62,972 bases of DNA, filler included, from Trichosphaerium sp. ATCC 40318 (GCA_038496445.1; 5 parts of 5 records of this genome joined end to end with filler, not necessarily neighbours in it); one strand, 5' to 3'; positions 23,870 through 38,544 are shown, counted from the whole stretch's first letter. The notes: generated by a model from the sequence alone, not told the origin. Numbers and translations: made by a program.

Positions 23870-25405
23870 ATGCTTTACACTATACTCTTCGCACTGTTTT
23901 TAGCGACTACTATTGCTCAATGCCCTACATCTGATCAAATAACCATCGACTTTGAACAAGACGGTTCTGGCTCTCCTCTTTCCAAAGGAGATATCATTAC
24001 AAATCAATACGAATCTCTAGCTATTGGCGTAACTTTCGAGGGCAAATCGAACGATGACCCTCCAAACCCAGCTATGATATTCGATAGCGCGGATCCATCA
24101 TCTAAAGATTTGGATATTGGTACACCAAACGAGGACTTTGGAGGTCCAGGCGAAGGCAAAGCTGGCGAGACAAACTCGTACGCAGTGGAAAGAATTAGTA
24201 ATTTTTCTCAAAGTCGTTTTTTTGCAGTTTTTGCCGTTCGCACGTGATTTTTCTTCTCGAACTCCACTCATTTTTTAACTAGGGAACCTCGTAACAACGT
24301 CCTCATCTTATCAGAAGACGGTAATGCAGCTGAACCAAACGACAACGGCGTGCGTGTTTTTTAGTCGATTTTTTTTACTTTTTTTTGCTTTTGCTGACAG
24401 TTTTTTCGCTTCTAGAACGGTGGTACAATTAAAATTACCTTTGGCCAACCTATCACTCTATTGAGTATCGATGTCCTTGATATTGATAAAGAAAACTGGA
24501 AGATCCAAACCTTCGATGTAGACGGAAACAAGACTTCTTCAACAAACGCAATTGTACGCAAAAAAAAATTTTGCTCAACTCCTTGTTTTTTTTCAACGCA
24601 ATTCAAACGCTTATTTTTTATTAAAGGACTTGGGTGACAACTCATACCAAAGCGTTGCTGTTGATGTAGATGCTGTGTCTGTACGTCTAGAATCACTAAT
24701 TCATGCTTTAAGATAAAAAACCTTGTTTTTCTTGGCTGTTTGTTCTGACTCTATTTCTTCCTTTAGTACGCATATGTTGTAGCTGATGCTTCTTTCGCTA
24801 TTACTGGACTATCCTTCATTTGCGATGAATGTCCAGATGACTGCGAAAAAGTCACTCCAGGCTTTTGCGGATGTGGTCAACTCGAGACCGACACAGATGA
24901 AGATGGAACTCCAGATTGTATCGATGAGTGTCCTACCGATCCAGCGAAAATCGCGCCTGGTACTTGTGGATGTGGTGTAGAAGATGCCGAGGCTTCTAGC
25001 GCTTGCGACTGCGCAAACCAAATCTGTGAGTGCTTTTGTGCTCGCGGCGGAGGAATATGCGATTGTGCCGGTGGTAGAAGATGTATCAGCATCCCAAGCT
25101 CACAGCCAGATTGCGGCTACACCGTCATCACAGATGTTGGTTTATTCACTATTACGACCTCTGCTAGAAAGAGACAAGCCACATCAACTGAGATTGTTAT
25201 CAATCAAACAGGAGATGAGTTTACAATGGATATTCCAAGCGGTTTTACAGTTACAAAAGACAAAGTTGTTCAAACAGATGAAGTTGTTGAGTCTGGTAAA
25301 TCAAACCAAGTTAGCGCTATTACAGCTTCTTCTAGCACTAACGGTGACTTGTCTTTGATTGCTTCTTTGGTTGTTATCGTAATAGCTGTATTCTTCAGCT
25401 TATAA
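23870..25405 (+). CDS. Secreted or surface-anchored protein with bacterial-type N-terminal domain and TSP3-like Cys/Asp repeats, multi-exon
   Basis: Signal peptide; AMIFDSADP..DIGTPNEDFGGPG..NVLILSED..PNDNG..GG; repeats CPDD.EKVTPGFCGCG..DTDEDGTPDCIDECPTDPAKIAPGTCGCG; hydrophobic C-terminus. Confidence 0.7.
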
Positions 25406-26383
25406 CTGTATGACCATGCCTTTTTTTTGTTGTACTGTTAACACATAAATCATTTCAAATAAAAACTGAATTAATTTTCGCAATGTCGTTATAGTAAGTC
25501 GTGCTGTTTCTCCGCTATAAGTTTTTGGAGCTAATACTTGGTATTTTGTATGATAAAGCTCGTAGATTTTTATATCTCTACCAACGTAGATGCAGTTGAT
25601 AGGCCAAGATTGGCGCTTCATATTACTACACTAGCCTTAAAGCGAAAATCTCTTGTATTCTCTCAAAATGTGCTTCTCTACTGGTTGTAGCTACACGGCA
25701 TTTATTGTTCTATTTGTGAACTACCGTAGGTGATCGCGACACGTGGCTCTATAGAACGCGTACCACTTTTTAAAATAGAAAACGGAAAACAAAGGGGTTG
25801 CTATCTAGGCCAAAAAATAAATAGACTTTGATGTGGTTTTTATTTGTAAGGAGGTGCTCACCTACCAATTATCTCATATGGAACTTCGCTACTATGTTTC
25901 AAAGAACACACATTGGCAAAACGTAAAGTGGGTCATGACAACAAGAAAGGTTCTACGCAATCACAGCTAGAAAAAAGCTCATTGTTTTTTTTTTCTTTTC
26001 ACCCAAATTTTACAACACCAAGAACCTATAAGCCAACACGCGCAATGGTAATCATTTATGGTCGCGGTAAGCAAAGATTTATAATACTTTCAGCTTTTAA
26101 TTCGCTAGCGAATTCAAATTGTTTTTGTGACAATAGTAAGATATAATGTTACGTCACGTGGCATTCAATCACGCGTAATTACTCATCAAAATTGCGCTCG
26201 CATTTAAGTGATTTGCAAGCGCTTCTACAGTAAAATTAGATAGATATCCTGAAAGAGGTCCAATAACGCTACAGAACTGCGAAGAGTAAGCTGTTATAAT
26301 AATGATTATTACTGCTACATTGTGAATTGACTAGTAACGATCACAACAAGCGCGAGAGACCTCCTCTTCATAGCAAATAACAA

Positions 26384-28578
26384 ATGTTGTTACTATCGAG
26401 CGCTATGAATACTTCAACACGTCTGACAGTACGTAAAATCATTTGTGGTGATAATAAAAATCAATATATTCTTAGCTTCTTCTTCTTCTCCTATGCGTAA
26501 GCTGTTCAGCTAGCACTTTTCCATGGGCGACGCTTGAGGCTTCAATAAACGGGAACGTACTACTTCCAGGAGACCAACGGTATCATGATATCAGGTACGA
26601 AAAGAAATCGTTTTGATTGTGTACTCAAGTTGTTTTGTTTAGGGATAAAATTGTAACTCTCAATGCAGACGTACCAGACGATCAACCTCTTGCTATTGTA
26701 CAACCCTCAAACCCACAAGACGTTAGATCTACTATTCTATTTGCCAAAGACAATGATATACCCCAAGTTACAGCTTTAGCTGGTGCGCTTCTTGAACTTT
26801 TTTTTTTCGCCAACAAGACCAAATCTTTTTCAAACTCGAAAATATCACCTGTTCGGAAAAACTTTCCATCTTTTCAAAAATACTCCGTACATTCGGCTGT
26901 TTACGTCTTTAGGTGGTCACAATGGAGACGGCTTTAATTTACCGCTAAATGGCATTCAACTTCAGTTTGGACTCATGACTGCTATTACTATTAATCCAGC
27001 GAATAACTACACCACTATAGAACCAGGTATTGTACCAACTCAAACTGTCACAAACCAACTTTTATTAGGAGTGTTGGTTGGTAATGTCACCGCGGCTTTA
27101 GCTCCTTTGAACAGAGGCCACCCAGTCGGTAATTGTCCCAGTATAGGCGCAAGTACGTTAAACGGAAAACTGAAAAAATAATACCACAAACTTTCGAAAA
27201 TCACGTGATTTTTCTAAAATTAGTTACTAACCTTTTTTTTTTAGCTGGCTACCTGTCAGTTGGTGGGTTTGGCTTTTGGACAAGACTTCATGGTATGGGA
27301 GTAGATGTTATAGTAGAATATGAACTTGTTACGGCAGCAGGAGACATTGTCATTGTCAACAAAGACTCTAACCCTGATCTGTTCTTTGCACTAAGAGGAG
27401 CACTTCCTGCTTACGGTATTGCGACCAAGATAACGTTAATGACTTTTGATACTTCAAACTTCTTTGGAGGATACTTGAACTACAGGGTTAATACAACTGA
27501 TCAAGGAAAGCAAATCATTAGGGAGTGGTATACACGTATCTTCAGCTTACCCGATCTCATCGATAACAAGTTCTTTCAAACGAGGATTAATCCTATTCTG
27601 CGTACAAACAGACTAACTGGAGCGGATTTCATGGATCTTCAACTTGAGATAATATTTTTGGGACCTGATTCTGTTGAAACAAAGAAATCCAAACTAAGAC
27701 CTTTGGTTGATATTGATAACGTTGATTTTTTTCCTGAATGGATAAACCCAGATATTCCAGAGAGATTGCCAGTGTCTTATTTCTTCTACAACAACAATAA
27801 TTTTGAAAGCAACATTATGTACGTACAATGAGCGCCAGATATTTGAATACAGCTGAAGGATGGCTCCTTTTTTTTCTTGTTTTTGCATTTTTCGGTTTTT
27901 TTTTTTGACTCATGTCTTTTCTTTCTTTACCTTACTCTCTTCTTAGTCTATTCAGTACCAGAATCACCAACTTTCATCAATACAGAAAACATGGTATGTA
28001 TTTAAAACAGTAAACAAGTCACGTGACTTTATAAATAGGAATGATTTCTGAAGAGAGAATTAGACAACCTGGTATTTTTGATGCTATACTGGATCAGTTC
28101 ATGATAGGATTCAACTTTAGTGAGCCTTCAAGTAGAGGCCAGCTTGGTGAAATTACACTCTCTGGTAAACGTGTTGCAGAGATTCCAAGAAGCGAGAACG
28201 CATTCTATTCTAGAGATTTCGGATTTCTATGGAGTTACTCTTTAAGTTACCAGACTGCAGAATTGGTAACTAGAGCTAGAGCCTACTACGATCCTTTCCT
28301 ACTTCGTATGACAACAATTGCACAAAACAGAGGCTTCTACGGAAACTATAATAGTATCAGAACAGGTAGAGAGTACGACGCACTCGGTACGTTAACACTT
28401 TTTCTTCGTTTTTATTTTCGTTTTTTAAATCTACTCACAAGTCACATGCTGTCATATCTCTTATAGATAATTAGGAACAAATATGCCTCGACTTGAAAGG
28501 GTCAAAGGAGTATGGGATCCAAACAATATGTTTTCTAGGTCTTGGGCTATTGCTCCAGGGGTAGGATGTACGGTTTAA
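26384..28578 (+). CDS. Secreted FAD-linked oxidase (BBE/VAO family), multi-exon
   Basis: Motifs PLAIVQPSNPQDV, AGGHN, GNCPSIG..GGFGFWTRLHGMGVD, NPDLFFALRG, YGNY and RLERVKGVWDPNNMF. Confidence 0.87.
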
Positions 28579-28681
28579 TATAACGTTTAACTTCAACGAT
28601 TGATTGACTTGATTAATAGTACGTTGTACTGATGCTGAAGACGCCGATATAAGAGTATCTCGCTTTTTTCTCTTTGCCGAT

Positions 28682-29833
28682 ATGGAAATAGACAGTGTTG
28701 TTAATTTTGGAGATTTAACTAAGGACAGCTACATTTCACTTGCGTTATACAATGATGATCTTCAAGAAATTGCATTGTTCGACTTTGAGTGGTGGTCAAA
28801 CAATTGGAACTCAAAGGTGTTCATACTATTTATCTTTTTGGTTGTAAAAAAGTAACCGATGAAGGTATCAAGGCACTCAAAGGTGTTCACACTATTAGTC
28901 TTGGTGGCACTGCAATAACAGATGAAGGTATCATAGCACTCAAAGGCATCCATACTATTAACATTGGTGACTTCAGTGACAGACAAAGGTCTCAAAGCAC
29001 TCAAAGGTGTTCATACTATTGATCTTTCTGGTTGTAAAAAAGTAACCGATGAAGGTATCAAGGCACTCCAAGGTGTTCATAATATCAACCTTGAAAGTAC
29101 TGAAGTTACAGATGACGGAATTAAAGAACTTGCTGGAGTTCACACAATCAATCTTTCATTTACCTCTGTAACAGATAAAGGTGTAAAAGCTCTTGCTGGA
29201 GTGCATAGCATTAAGCTTTGTGGGTGTGATAACATTACAAACTTAGGTAAAGACCTTACAGAAGTTTAAACAACACGATCTTTTTGTAAAGCGTAGCAAC
29301 TGACATTCTCTTTCTAGCAAACAATTTACCACTGAAATTTTTTGTAAAGGCTAAATTTGATTTCCAACCTAAAAAAGAACATGATCTGGGGCTATCTAAG
29401 GATGACATTATTCGTGTTTATGACAATGATGGTGTACACTTACAAAATTTTCCTTAGTAAAAGCTAACCTTTTTGTTACTAGGATTGGTGGTTTGGCAAA
29501 AATGGTGAAAACTGTGGTTATTTGCCAAGCAATTATGTAGAACAAATCTATCCTCAATTTTGGGTTGTTGCCTTGCACAAGTTCAGCTCTGGCGTAGATA
29601 ATGCTCTGGATTTGTCCAAGGGTGATGAAATTCTCGTCTATGATAATAAATATGTACACATTCTTTCTTTAGTTTTTTCCTTTCCTTGTTCATTACATAA
29701 TTTGTATTAGGACTGGTGGTTTGGTAAAAATGGTGACAACTATGGTTATTTCCCAAACAATTATGTAGAAAAAAAACCTATCGAAGATCTTTTCCAAGAG
29801 CAAAATTTGTTTAGTGATGTACTAGTTAAATAG
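28682..29833 (+). pseudogene. LRR + two SH3 domain protein with frameshifts (pseudogene or sequence error)
   Basis: LRRs GVHTIDLSGCKKVTDEGIKAL. SH3 motifs KAKFDF..DLGLSKDDII..DWWFG..GYLPSNYVE, twice. Frame breaks near 28810 and 28968. Confidence 0.75.
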
Positions 29834-29995
29834 TTATGTCCCACGTGATGCTCACCGTTTGAATAAGCTTTAAAGACTGTATTAGATTATCCATCAGCCC
29901 TTTGATTGGAAACTACTTGACCAGAAACAAAGATAAATAATAAAAGATTAATTTTAAAAAAAGGATTTCTTTACAATTATACAATCACTTTATGA

Positions 29996-32900
29996 TTATC
30001 TTACAGAGTCTATCATGGCTAGTCTGCATTGCTTATATTGATGCATTACACGTTGTAAATCTTGTTGAGTAAAGCATTCATACCAATCTAAAATTATTGA
30101 TTAGTAAACGACATGACTCAATCAACAAAGGACCAAACATTTCAAGTCAGATTTAAAAAAAAAAACAACAAAAAAGGGCGTATTTGCCTACTGCCTGAAC
30201 ATAATCAAAAAATGCGTACTGTACTGGAATGGTCTGTTTTGAACTAACTCTGGTACTAACTTAAGGCTACAATAGAAAATAAGCAAAAAGAACAATTGGA
30301 CGACCCAAAAAAAAGAAAGAAAAAAAAAGCCTCTAAGTACCAAGTATCATAATCTTTTCTGTCTTGTAGTACATCCAAAAGCCTCGAGAAGCAAATAGGT
30401 ATACACAATGTACGTATAGTTTGTAGTTGTTGTAAACGATCAGATATTACAGCATCAGTAAATGAATCTGCAAGAAAACCAGAAGGATAACCAAACATTG
30501 GTCTGTTACTGGAATTATTCCCTCCCAAAAGGATCGCAATAAACTCGTCTGAAAGTTGCTTCATCTTCGCTACCCATTCATTTTTATCATTTGTATACTT
30601 GCTTGTTGCATTATCATTGATAAGCCCATCGCTGAATCTCACTCTAGGCCGTAGGCTACAAAGAATTTTGAGAACAAAAATAAAAAACTTCATAAAAAAA
30701 ATAACAAGAAAAAACGTACGTTGGCTCCTGAGGTTGATTTGCCTTTGTACGCTCATAAGCTGCCCATACATCAATAGCTTTTAAGTATATATTAATACAG
30801 TTATGTTCACGCATAGCATTGAGGGTATCCTTTAATTCACTATCGTAAGTATTGCCAGCCTAAAGCAAAAATTAGTCACAGTCAACCACAAAACAACACA
30901 ATTTACGCCAACAGGAAGTTCTTGACGTACCAATACATCTAATCCAGCATGTAACGCTTTCTTAGATTGTATCATAAAACTTTCTAGCCAAGTATCAAGC
31001 AAAGAATACACCTGGAAATGAAATGTTAGAAACCAGATACCAAAAGATTTTCAAGAAAGAAACACTTACTTCACGCGCAGGCTGGAGCTTATCATTCGCA
31101 ATAAAAGCACGTGCTAGCGAATTTCCATACTCCAGTGCCTTGAGGGGTTGTGAATTGAGGCAAAGCCACTCCAGAGATCGAATTTTTTGCATGTCACTTA
31201 ATTATATCAATACAACAAGCCAAGTGGTTTTTTGATTTTCCAGAAAAAAAAAGAAATGATTTGCCTTGATAGGCCATTAAATAATCGTACTCTGCTGTTG
31301 CTGTACTGGTAACAGCACGTGTTTTATCAGTATCTGTTGTCCTCATTGTAGCTTCTACAACATTTTCTGTAATGATATCCGTAGATAGCTTATACTGTGC
31401 AGCGTGATCCAAAGCACGTGAGCGAACGTCTGTTTCTGAAATTTGACGTAAATAGTCAGCGTAGACGACGTTTTGTAACTCAACATCTGGAATACATGCA
31501 GTGTATTGCGCTACACGCTCTCCCTAAGATACATAAGACACATGAAGCCCACAACTTAAACCGAAAAAACAACTGAAAGTTCGAAAAACGGAGTGAATGA
31601 AAACATTCTACTGCGCTCTTCATTTTCCCTTATAATGCTTTAAACGTACAGGCTCATCATCCATGAGATAGCGAACATAACGCTCTACAATCAAGCTTAC
31701 CAAATTATCTTGACACACAACAGGACAACGACAATTTGTAATTTTACTCAACCGATATAAAATTATTGCAATATGCGCAGCAAATCGTTTGACAACAATA
31801 TCTCTCCTATCAAATAATGAGTACAACAACACTATACTTAGACGACAACAATTAGGCCTTTGGAAAATGTTGGTAGTGAGCTTAGGCGCAAACAAGCCAA
31901 TACACATTCAGAAAAGAAGAACAAAAAGAAACGTACCCTTTAGAGCGCTCATTGAGCGTATCAAGTACTCCGGATATATCATGCAGTATAATCTGTTGTC
32001 TTACTTGATGATACAATGAAGCAAAGTGATTAGATACTACACGCTTCTCTACATTCTTTACTAATCGTATAATAGGATTCATCTCAATAAGTAAATCGCC
32101 TACAGGCTGAGAATCTGGTTTAAACGAACTTGGAAGTCTATCAATAAGCTACAACAGTCGTTAATAATCACAACATCTTCACTCGTCTAATAAGACACTA
32201 AACACATGCTAATAACTCTGATAACTAGCATAGCATGTAGGGAAAAAAATAGTTTGTGATATGAACGAGAAAAAGAAATACGTACTTCGTTTTCACGTTT
32301 GTGAACAGCTTCAACAGTATGAGCCCACATGAAGTCTTCCCAAGTATTACAGCAAGGTACAATACCAGGTAAATAACCAACTAAAGTAGCGTATAATCCA
32401 CGTTCGTATTGTGAAGGCATAAGATTACCTTCAACAATATTCTCAACCACTCTTGCAAAAAGTTTATAATTTTTGTTTCCGTCCAATTTAAATTGAGTAA
32501 ATGAGTTATGAAATGATAACCTTGTGTCAGAATAAGGTATCTGTCCAAGAATAGATGCTGCTCTCCATGGATCACCTCCTCTCTACAATAACATGTTTTA
32601 AAAAAAAATTCTGTGCACGTGATACTCTAAAATGATTTGGAATTGAAAAGTCTCCTTCATTGAAAAAAAAAAGTTCCAAAGTCTTCTACGGTGTTGTGTA
32701 CCTTTGCCATGGCATACGCTCTTTCGATTTCTCCACGACGAATGCATTCCCACATTAGCTTAACTAATTGTTCATCTGCTTGCTTATCCGCATGAGAGGT
32801 ATGTGGTGATGCTCTAATGGAATCAGGGTCATGCTGATGCCCCTCTTTGTTAATGCCAACACTTCGAGAAAAATTGACAGCTGACACTATTACATCAGGT

Positions 32901-33519
32901 AGAGGCTCACACTCTTCACTCCAGCTGCGTAATATCTGTATTTTGCGTCAGAGAAGTGTTGAGGAGGTTAAAAGGCGTTTAAACAGAAATTTCAACCAAA
33001 AATATGTAAACAACATTTATAAGCGTTTTTTGTACCTTGAGTTCGCGGAATACGCTATCAGCATCAAGTGCAGCCTTTAAAACTTGACTTCTGCCAATAT
33101 TTACGTTCAAATCCCAGTTAGGGTCTGGAAACGATGCTGTGTTGTCTGGTTGCCTACAACGGTCCTGGTATAGTGTCGTGATGAGTCTATAAGTACTTCT
33201 CTCAGCCCAGACGCTATCACGCTCATGTAGCTTATGGAACGAATCAACAGTGCCCAGGTGCGCTGCATTACTCATCGGTGCGTATGTAGACGTTATTGGA
33301 AAGGCGTGAGAACCATCTTGCTGTCTCTTTTTGAAGGATTCGAATGTTAATGATGGTGTTTGTACATTTAGCACTGATAGCCTATAAAAAATTTATTAAT
33401 TTGCTATTTGAATAATTTGGCGCCTGCCGTTTCTCGCAACTCGTTACAAGACGATCAAGGCATGAGAATACAGCTTGTTGCTGTAATGCCAAAGCGTATT
33501 CTTCTGTTGTTTCTTCCAT
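29996..33519 (-). CDS. NUP107: Nuclear pore complex protein Nup107/Nup84, multi-exon
   Basis: Motifs HDPDS..DEQLVKLMWECIRRG, PWRAASILG, YERGLYATLVG..CNTWEDFMWAH, KIRSLEWL and IRTLCIP. Confidence 0.9.
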
Positions 33520-33670
33520 TGTACTACTAATTACACTAACATAGAGTACTTGTAGGCGAAGTGCCAACCAGGCTGTCAAGAATACAACAGAAAAAATAAA
33601 CCGCAATGGAGCAGGTTAAGCGGCAAAGACCCGCAGTCAATAAAAGTAATTGAGCGACACATCAGCAACT

Positions 33671-34273
33671 ATGAAAAGCAATTATTGTACATATGTATGA
33701 ATTTTTCGCCGTCTAACAGCGTTTTTTTTAGCTCTACCAGATAAAACTTCAACAATTGTTGTAAGCGCGTTTCTTTGCTTGATTACCATCTCTGGTATGC
33801 AAATTTTCGCTGAGAAGCTCGGTTCCTCACCTCCTCTGATAACTTTGGGTGGATTCTTTGCTTCGCTAGTATTCATGTTCGTCGTACTCGTATCCTACTC
33901 TTTTAGTGTCATAAACAACTTTTGAACTAAAAAACATTTATTATTTTTCTTTAACTCAACAGGTAATGGGTAACCTCAGAAGCGTTATAAGCTGGCCTGA
34001 GCGTACGTAACAAGTTGTAGTGCTATTTCTAATTCTTTGTCTAGTAATTGTTGGACTTACCGTATCAAGCGTTGCCGCAGCGTCGGTACACAGAATATGT
34101 TTTACAATTGGGTGCGTCAACTAATATTTTTTTTTTCGTTTTGACAACACATGTGCTAACCGACCTCCTACAGCCTTATCTTCTCTGTTGTACTTATCTT
34201 GTGGATGAACTTTGCATCATCAAGCATTTATTCTCGCTTGGCAGCTCAAAATAAGGGCAAAGTAAGAAGATAA
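33671..34273 (+). CDS. KRTCAP2: Oligosaccharyltransferase subunit KCP2, multi-exon; divergent from Nup107
   Basis: Spliced translation SGMQIFAEKLGSS..TLGGFFASLVF..GNL..WPE..VHRICFTIGLIFS. Confidence 0.85.
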
Positions 34274-34577
34274 ACAAAAACAAAACAAAAAAAAATTGCT
34301 TGTTCTTCAAAGCGAGCGCCATCACGGATATACACTTCAAACTAAAACGATTGGGCTGTATTAAATAAAACTGTGATGTTTTTGACACGTATTACACTAT
34401 TGATAGTATATCTTTAATTTTACGTGGTCGATCGCCTCAAGACATAACGTGTCGTCTGTTGCGGGTTTTGACAGTACATGACCGAAAGCAAATTGTAAAA
34501 TCTACTTTCAATATTGAAGGCTTTGATGTTCACACCTTATCTGCTTGTATTGGCGTGAGGTGTACTGAGTTGTTAAA

Positions 34578-36557
34578 ATGAAAACAGGCACTGATGACCC
34601 AGTAAAGCTCCTTGTAGAGCTAGATAAGGTATGTAGTAATACGTAGGAACGCTATTGTCAATGTTTTAACAGCTAACTCACCATTATTAAAGGGATTGCG
34701 CGCAGACAATGTAGGACAAAAAGTTTTGGCGATAGAGGACATGGTAGCGCTTATTGATAAATATCCGTTCAAAATCGTTGTAAATACCGCTATTCTCAAA
34801 CTGACAGATGTTTTTGCTTCCAGGTACGCCAGATATATAACCACACATCGTTAACCAGCCCTTAGCACAAACTTCATTCGAGGTGTCATTGTAAAGCAAG
34901 TCACGCAGGTTGAGAAGCATCTAAAAGGTTTACTGAACGTAGAAGAAGTCATTAGACGTGCTACACAAGTCCTAGAGAGTAATGATGCCACAGAGCGTAC
35001 CTTGACATTTAGGTATTTATTTAAATTTTAAACCGCCAAAAACTTTGCTTCAGTATTCTTATTACTATTCTAGGTTAATTGGTGCTATGGCCTCTATTGT
35101 TGGTGATAGTCCTACAGCATTGCAAGGGTATACAAGAACCAACAAGCCATGTTATCTATTTTTTATTCAATGCAATTAATGTTCTACTTTACGTCAAAAC
35201 TACATACTTATATATATTTTCGCATGCCTAATCTTATACAAGGATAACCAAAGGATTAACTTCATCGTATTCAAACGAAGTTTCAGCTTCAATCTTTGCT
35301 ATTAAAAAAATCACACGTGTATCACCACAGTTCGCTCAACAAATTCTTCCTACAATACGGGAGATGCTCAAAGGTACTTTAACTCCCCTATTCAATAACC
35401 AGTGAAAATAATTAGCTGATCGCCGCTCCCATTAGGTCTTTCAACGCCTCTGCCGATCAAGATAAAACTTATTCCTATCCTTCAGAATATGATGCATAGT
35501 CCGGTATTACTGGAGGAGGCATATGAATTAGGGTTACAAGCTCTAGACACAATTTGTTCCGCAGAGTGTTCTCAAGCAGTTTTGAATGCGCTAACAGCGC
35601 TGACTGTCAGGACACTTGCAAATGTTCAGCGACAGGTAAGAATTCTGTTTTTATTCTCTTGAAGAAAAATTTAGGCTTTTGACTTGTTTGAATTTGCTGC
35701 TTAGATTGTATGTCATATCTGATTATTTTTGTAGTATGATCTTCTTATTAGTATTGCCATAACACATCCACATTCTGGTGTAGTTTCTACGGCATTGTCA
35801 AATCTGATTAGAATAAGATCTCTAATGCTTTATCAAACAACTAAAGAAGACCTTCCAAAACTTGTTAATCTCATCACCCAAACACAAGATAATGCCATAC
35901 GTCTCGTAGCTATTTGTTATATTGATAGTGTAGCTCATGATGCAAGGGGAACTTCAGTATTCCAATACTGTGGTCCTGCATTAGCGAATATTCTACCGAG
36001 CCTTCTTTTTGGATCTGATGTATTGATTTCGAGTGTTTCTTCAATGCTTGTTTCTTCTCTGGTAAAATCAAACGTATTATCAAAGACACGAGCAGTTGCT
36101 TACCTACAATCTGTTCTTCTTCGTTGCCTTTCTGAGAACAAAGAAGTGGAAGAACTGGTACGATCATCACATTGCTCTTTTACGTTTCCTAACTTTCTCG
36201 TTCTAGTGGTCGTTGACCTGCCCTTATGTGAAGCCCCTGAAGAGCTTACAAAAGGCCACACCACGTAAAATAATCATAGCACAATATGCAGTACTCGCTA
36301 GTGACGCATCTTGTGGCAAGAGCATACTTAGCAACATATGTACTACAATACCTCATATTAAAGGTAAAGTTTTGAAAATGGCATACAGCGAGTATCTCAT
36401 AGCATATTTTAGATCCTTCATCTCTTCGTGCGATGCAAATAGCAATTGCTAGAGTTGTAAAAGCAAACCCAGAACTTGTTTCGTGGATCTTCAAGATGAC
36501 AAAAACACCAGGTATGAAGATATTAGAATCTGATTTTTTTCTACATAAATCTGTGGT
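34578..36557 (+). CDS. INTS7: Integrator complex subunit 7, 3' truncated, multi-exon
   Basis: LVELDKGLR..KYPFKIVVNTAILKLTDVF..NFIR..EKHLKGLLNVEEVIRR..SNDATER matches the INTS7 N-terminus. Confidence 0.87.
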
Positions 36558-36657
36558 NNNNNNNNNNNNNNNNNNNNNNNNNNNNNNNNNNNNNNNNNNN
36601 NTTAATTAATTAANNNNNNNNNNNNNNNNNNNNNNNNNNNNNNNNNNNNNNNNNNNN
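36558..36657. other. Artificial contig spacer
   Basis: N-run, TTAATTAATTAA, N-run. Confidence 0.99.
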
Positions 36658-36767
36658 TGCTTGTGTTGATAAAACAATCGACTAAATAGGTTCAACAGTT
36701 GTTGGGACCAACCTTGGGCAGAAGCAGTAAATGCAATGGCTCAAGATTGGATCAGAGAGAACAACTA

Positions 36768-37803
36768 CAGGGCTGAAACTCAGCTAGGCATTGCCTTAAA
36801 GAATGATGCATATTCCTAACATTTGGCATCAGATGGCAAAATCAAGGCATTTGCATTTGGTAATGCCCAATAAAATAAGGCATTTTTACAAAAAGGCAAT
36901 GCCTTCATCAAAAAGGCATTAATACCAGCATTTTTGGGCATCTTTTGGTATTGCATAAAATCAGGTAATGCCTTGTATTGCATTTTTTGGCATTGCATAA
37001 AATCAAGTAATGCCCTGTATTGCAAGTACTTTATGCCTTTATTATGCCTTATTTTTTTAAGCAATATATGCCTTGTATTTTAATTCATATATAAGGCATT
37101 GCCTATACTATATCATAGGACTGATCACATTAAGGAAGTGGTTTAAGGTAAGTAACAGTCAAACAACTTTTACACTTTTTTTTTCACATCACCTACTGAC
37201 GTTTTATATAGACAGGCATCTAGCGCTCTTAGTAATTCATGAAATTAGACGAAACCACCGCCAAACGAACCGCAGCACCCTATTTCACCTACAACAGTAG
37301 TAGGAGTGAACTCCGCGATATTTCCGGGACCGCGGAATTCTAACACTACAAGGTAAGTTTTTTTTTTTTTTTTTTCTACACCATCTCATATTTTCTTTAA
37401 GGTTTTTTCAAATGTGGACTTAGGAGTTTTGTGTATTGTATGTGTACTGTATTATAAAATAAATATTTGTGTTATTACCTGAAAATGCCCTGGTTTATTA
37501 GGCACTGTAGACTATGATAATGCCTTCTTTTTGCCTTCAAAATAAGGCATTGATGCATGAGTTATGCCCTAATTTGAAGGCATAATTCCTTAAAATATGC
37601 AAGCAAAACCATTGCAATCTTGTGTACCAGATGCAAGCATTTTTCATCAAATATAAGGCATTTTTGTAGCAAAAAATAAGGCATTGCCCTGTATTTGCCT
37701 TTTTGAATGAGGCAAAAACTAGGCATTTTTGTAAAAAATAAGGCATTTTTTGATGAAAATGCCTATGCATTGTCCAAAAATGCCTTGTTGAGTTTCAGCC
37801 CTG
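36768..37803. mobile_element. Non-autonomous TIR element A (MITE-like); mirror of 47161-48197
   Basis: TIR CAGGGCTGAAACTCA at both ends; many subterminal AGGCA/TGCCT motifs. Confidence 0.85.
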
Positions 37804-38544
37804 TGTGAGAATTGAATAACAGTATACTGGACACTTACACTAAGTTCAAAGGTATATCAGTTATTATCAAACAGATTGGGCACAATTGGTGGTTATGTGC
37901 AACTACAAGGCCAGTTACCATCACATACAAATGCACAAGGAGTTTCAAGAATGGATGGGCATCGAGTGGAACAGTTTATTTTATTGATTCACACAACTTC
38001 CCTTTGGTTTTAAATTGGCACCATGGCTCTTCACAAAGATCAACAGAGTTATGGCTGTGCATTTGTGTGTGTTAGAAGTAATTATTGTTATATGGTTTGA
38101 CGATTGGATAATAGGTAGATAAGGGCATTTACAACTGACCAAAAGAATTGAATTCCTTGAATTAATCATAGACACTGACAGAGCAGAACTATGCATATCT
38201 GAGTTGAAAATATTCAAGATGTGAGCCCTATTAAAAAACATTATTTGTTCTATTCATATACGAAATTTGGTGCATGTTAAAGATCTTGCAACTTGCATTG
38301 GCAAGATTATTGCTATCAAAGACACATTTTCCCCTGCACAAGTTTTTACTAGAAGTTTTTATAAAACAATTGCTCAAGTAGAAATTTATAACTTACCCTG
38401 GAAGGTTTTGGTGATCCCAGATCTGCAACTATTAAATGATGCCATATGGATATGAAAAGCCCTTCTTCAATGGAATGGCAAGGCAGTATGGTGAGTAAAG
38501 ACAATTCTACAGATCCAAACCAATGCATCTGAAGTAGCCTGGGC

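Noticed and set aside
36816-37770. Short ORFs rich in NAL/KAL/MQ
   Set aside because: Translations of subterminal AGGCA/TGCC repeats of TIR element A.
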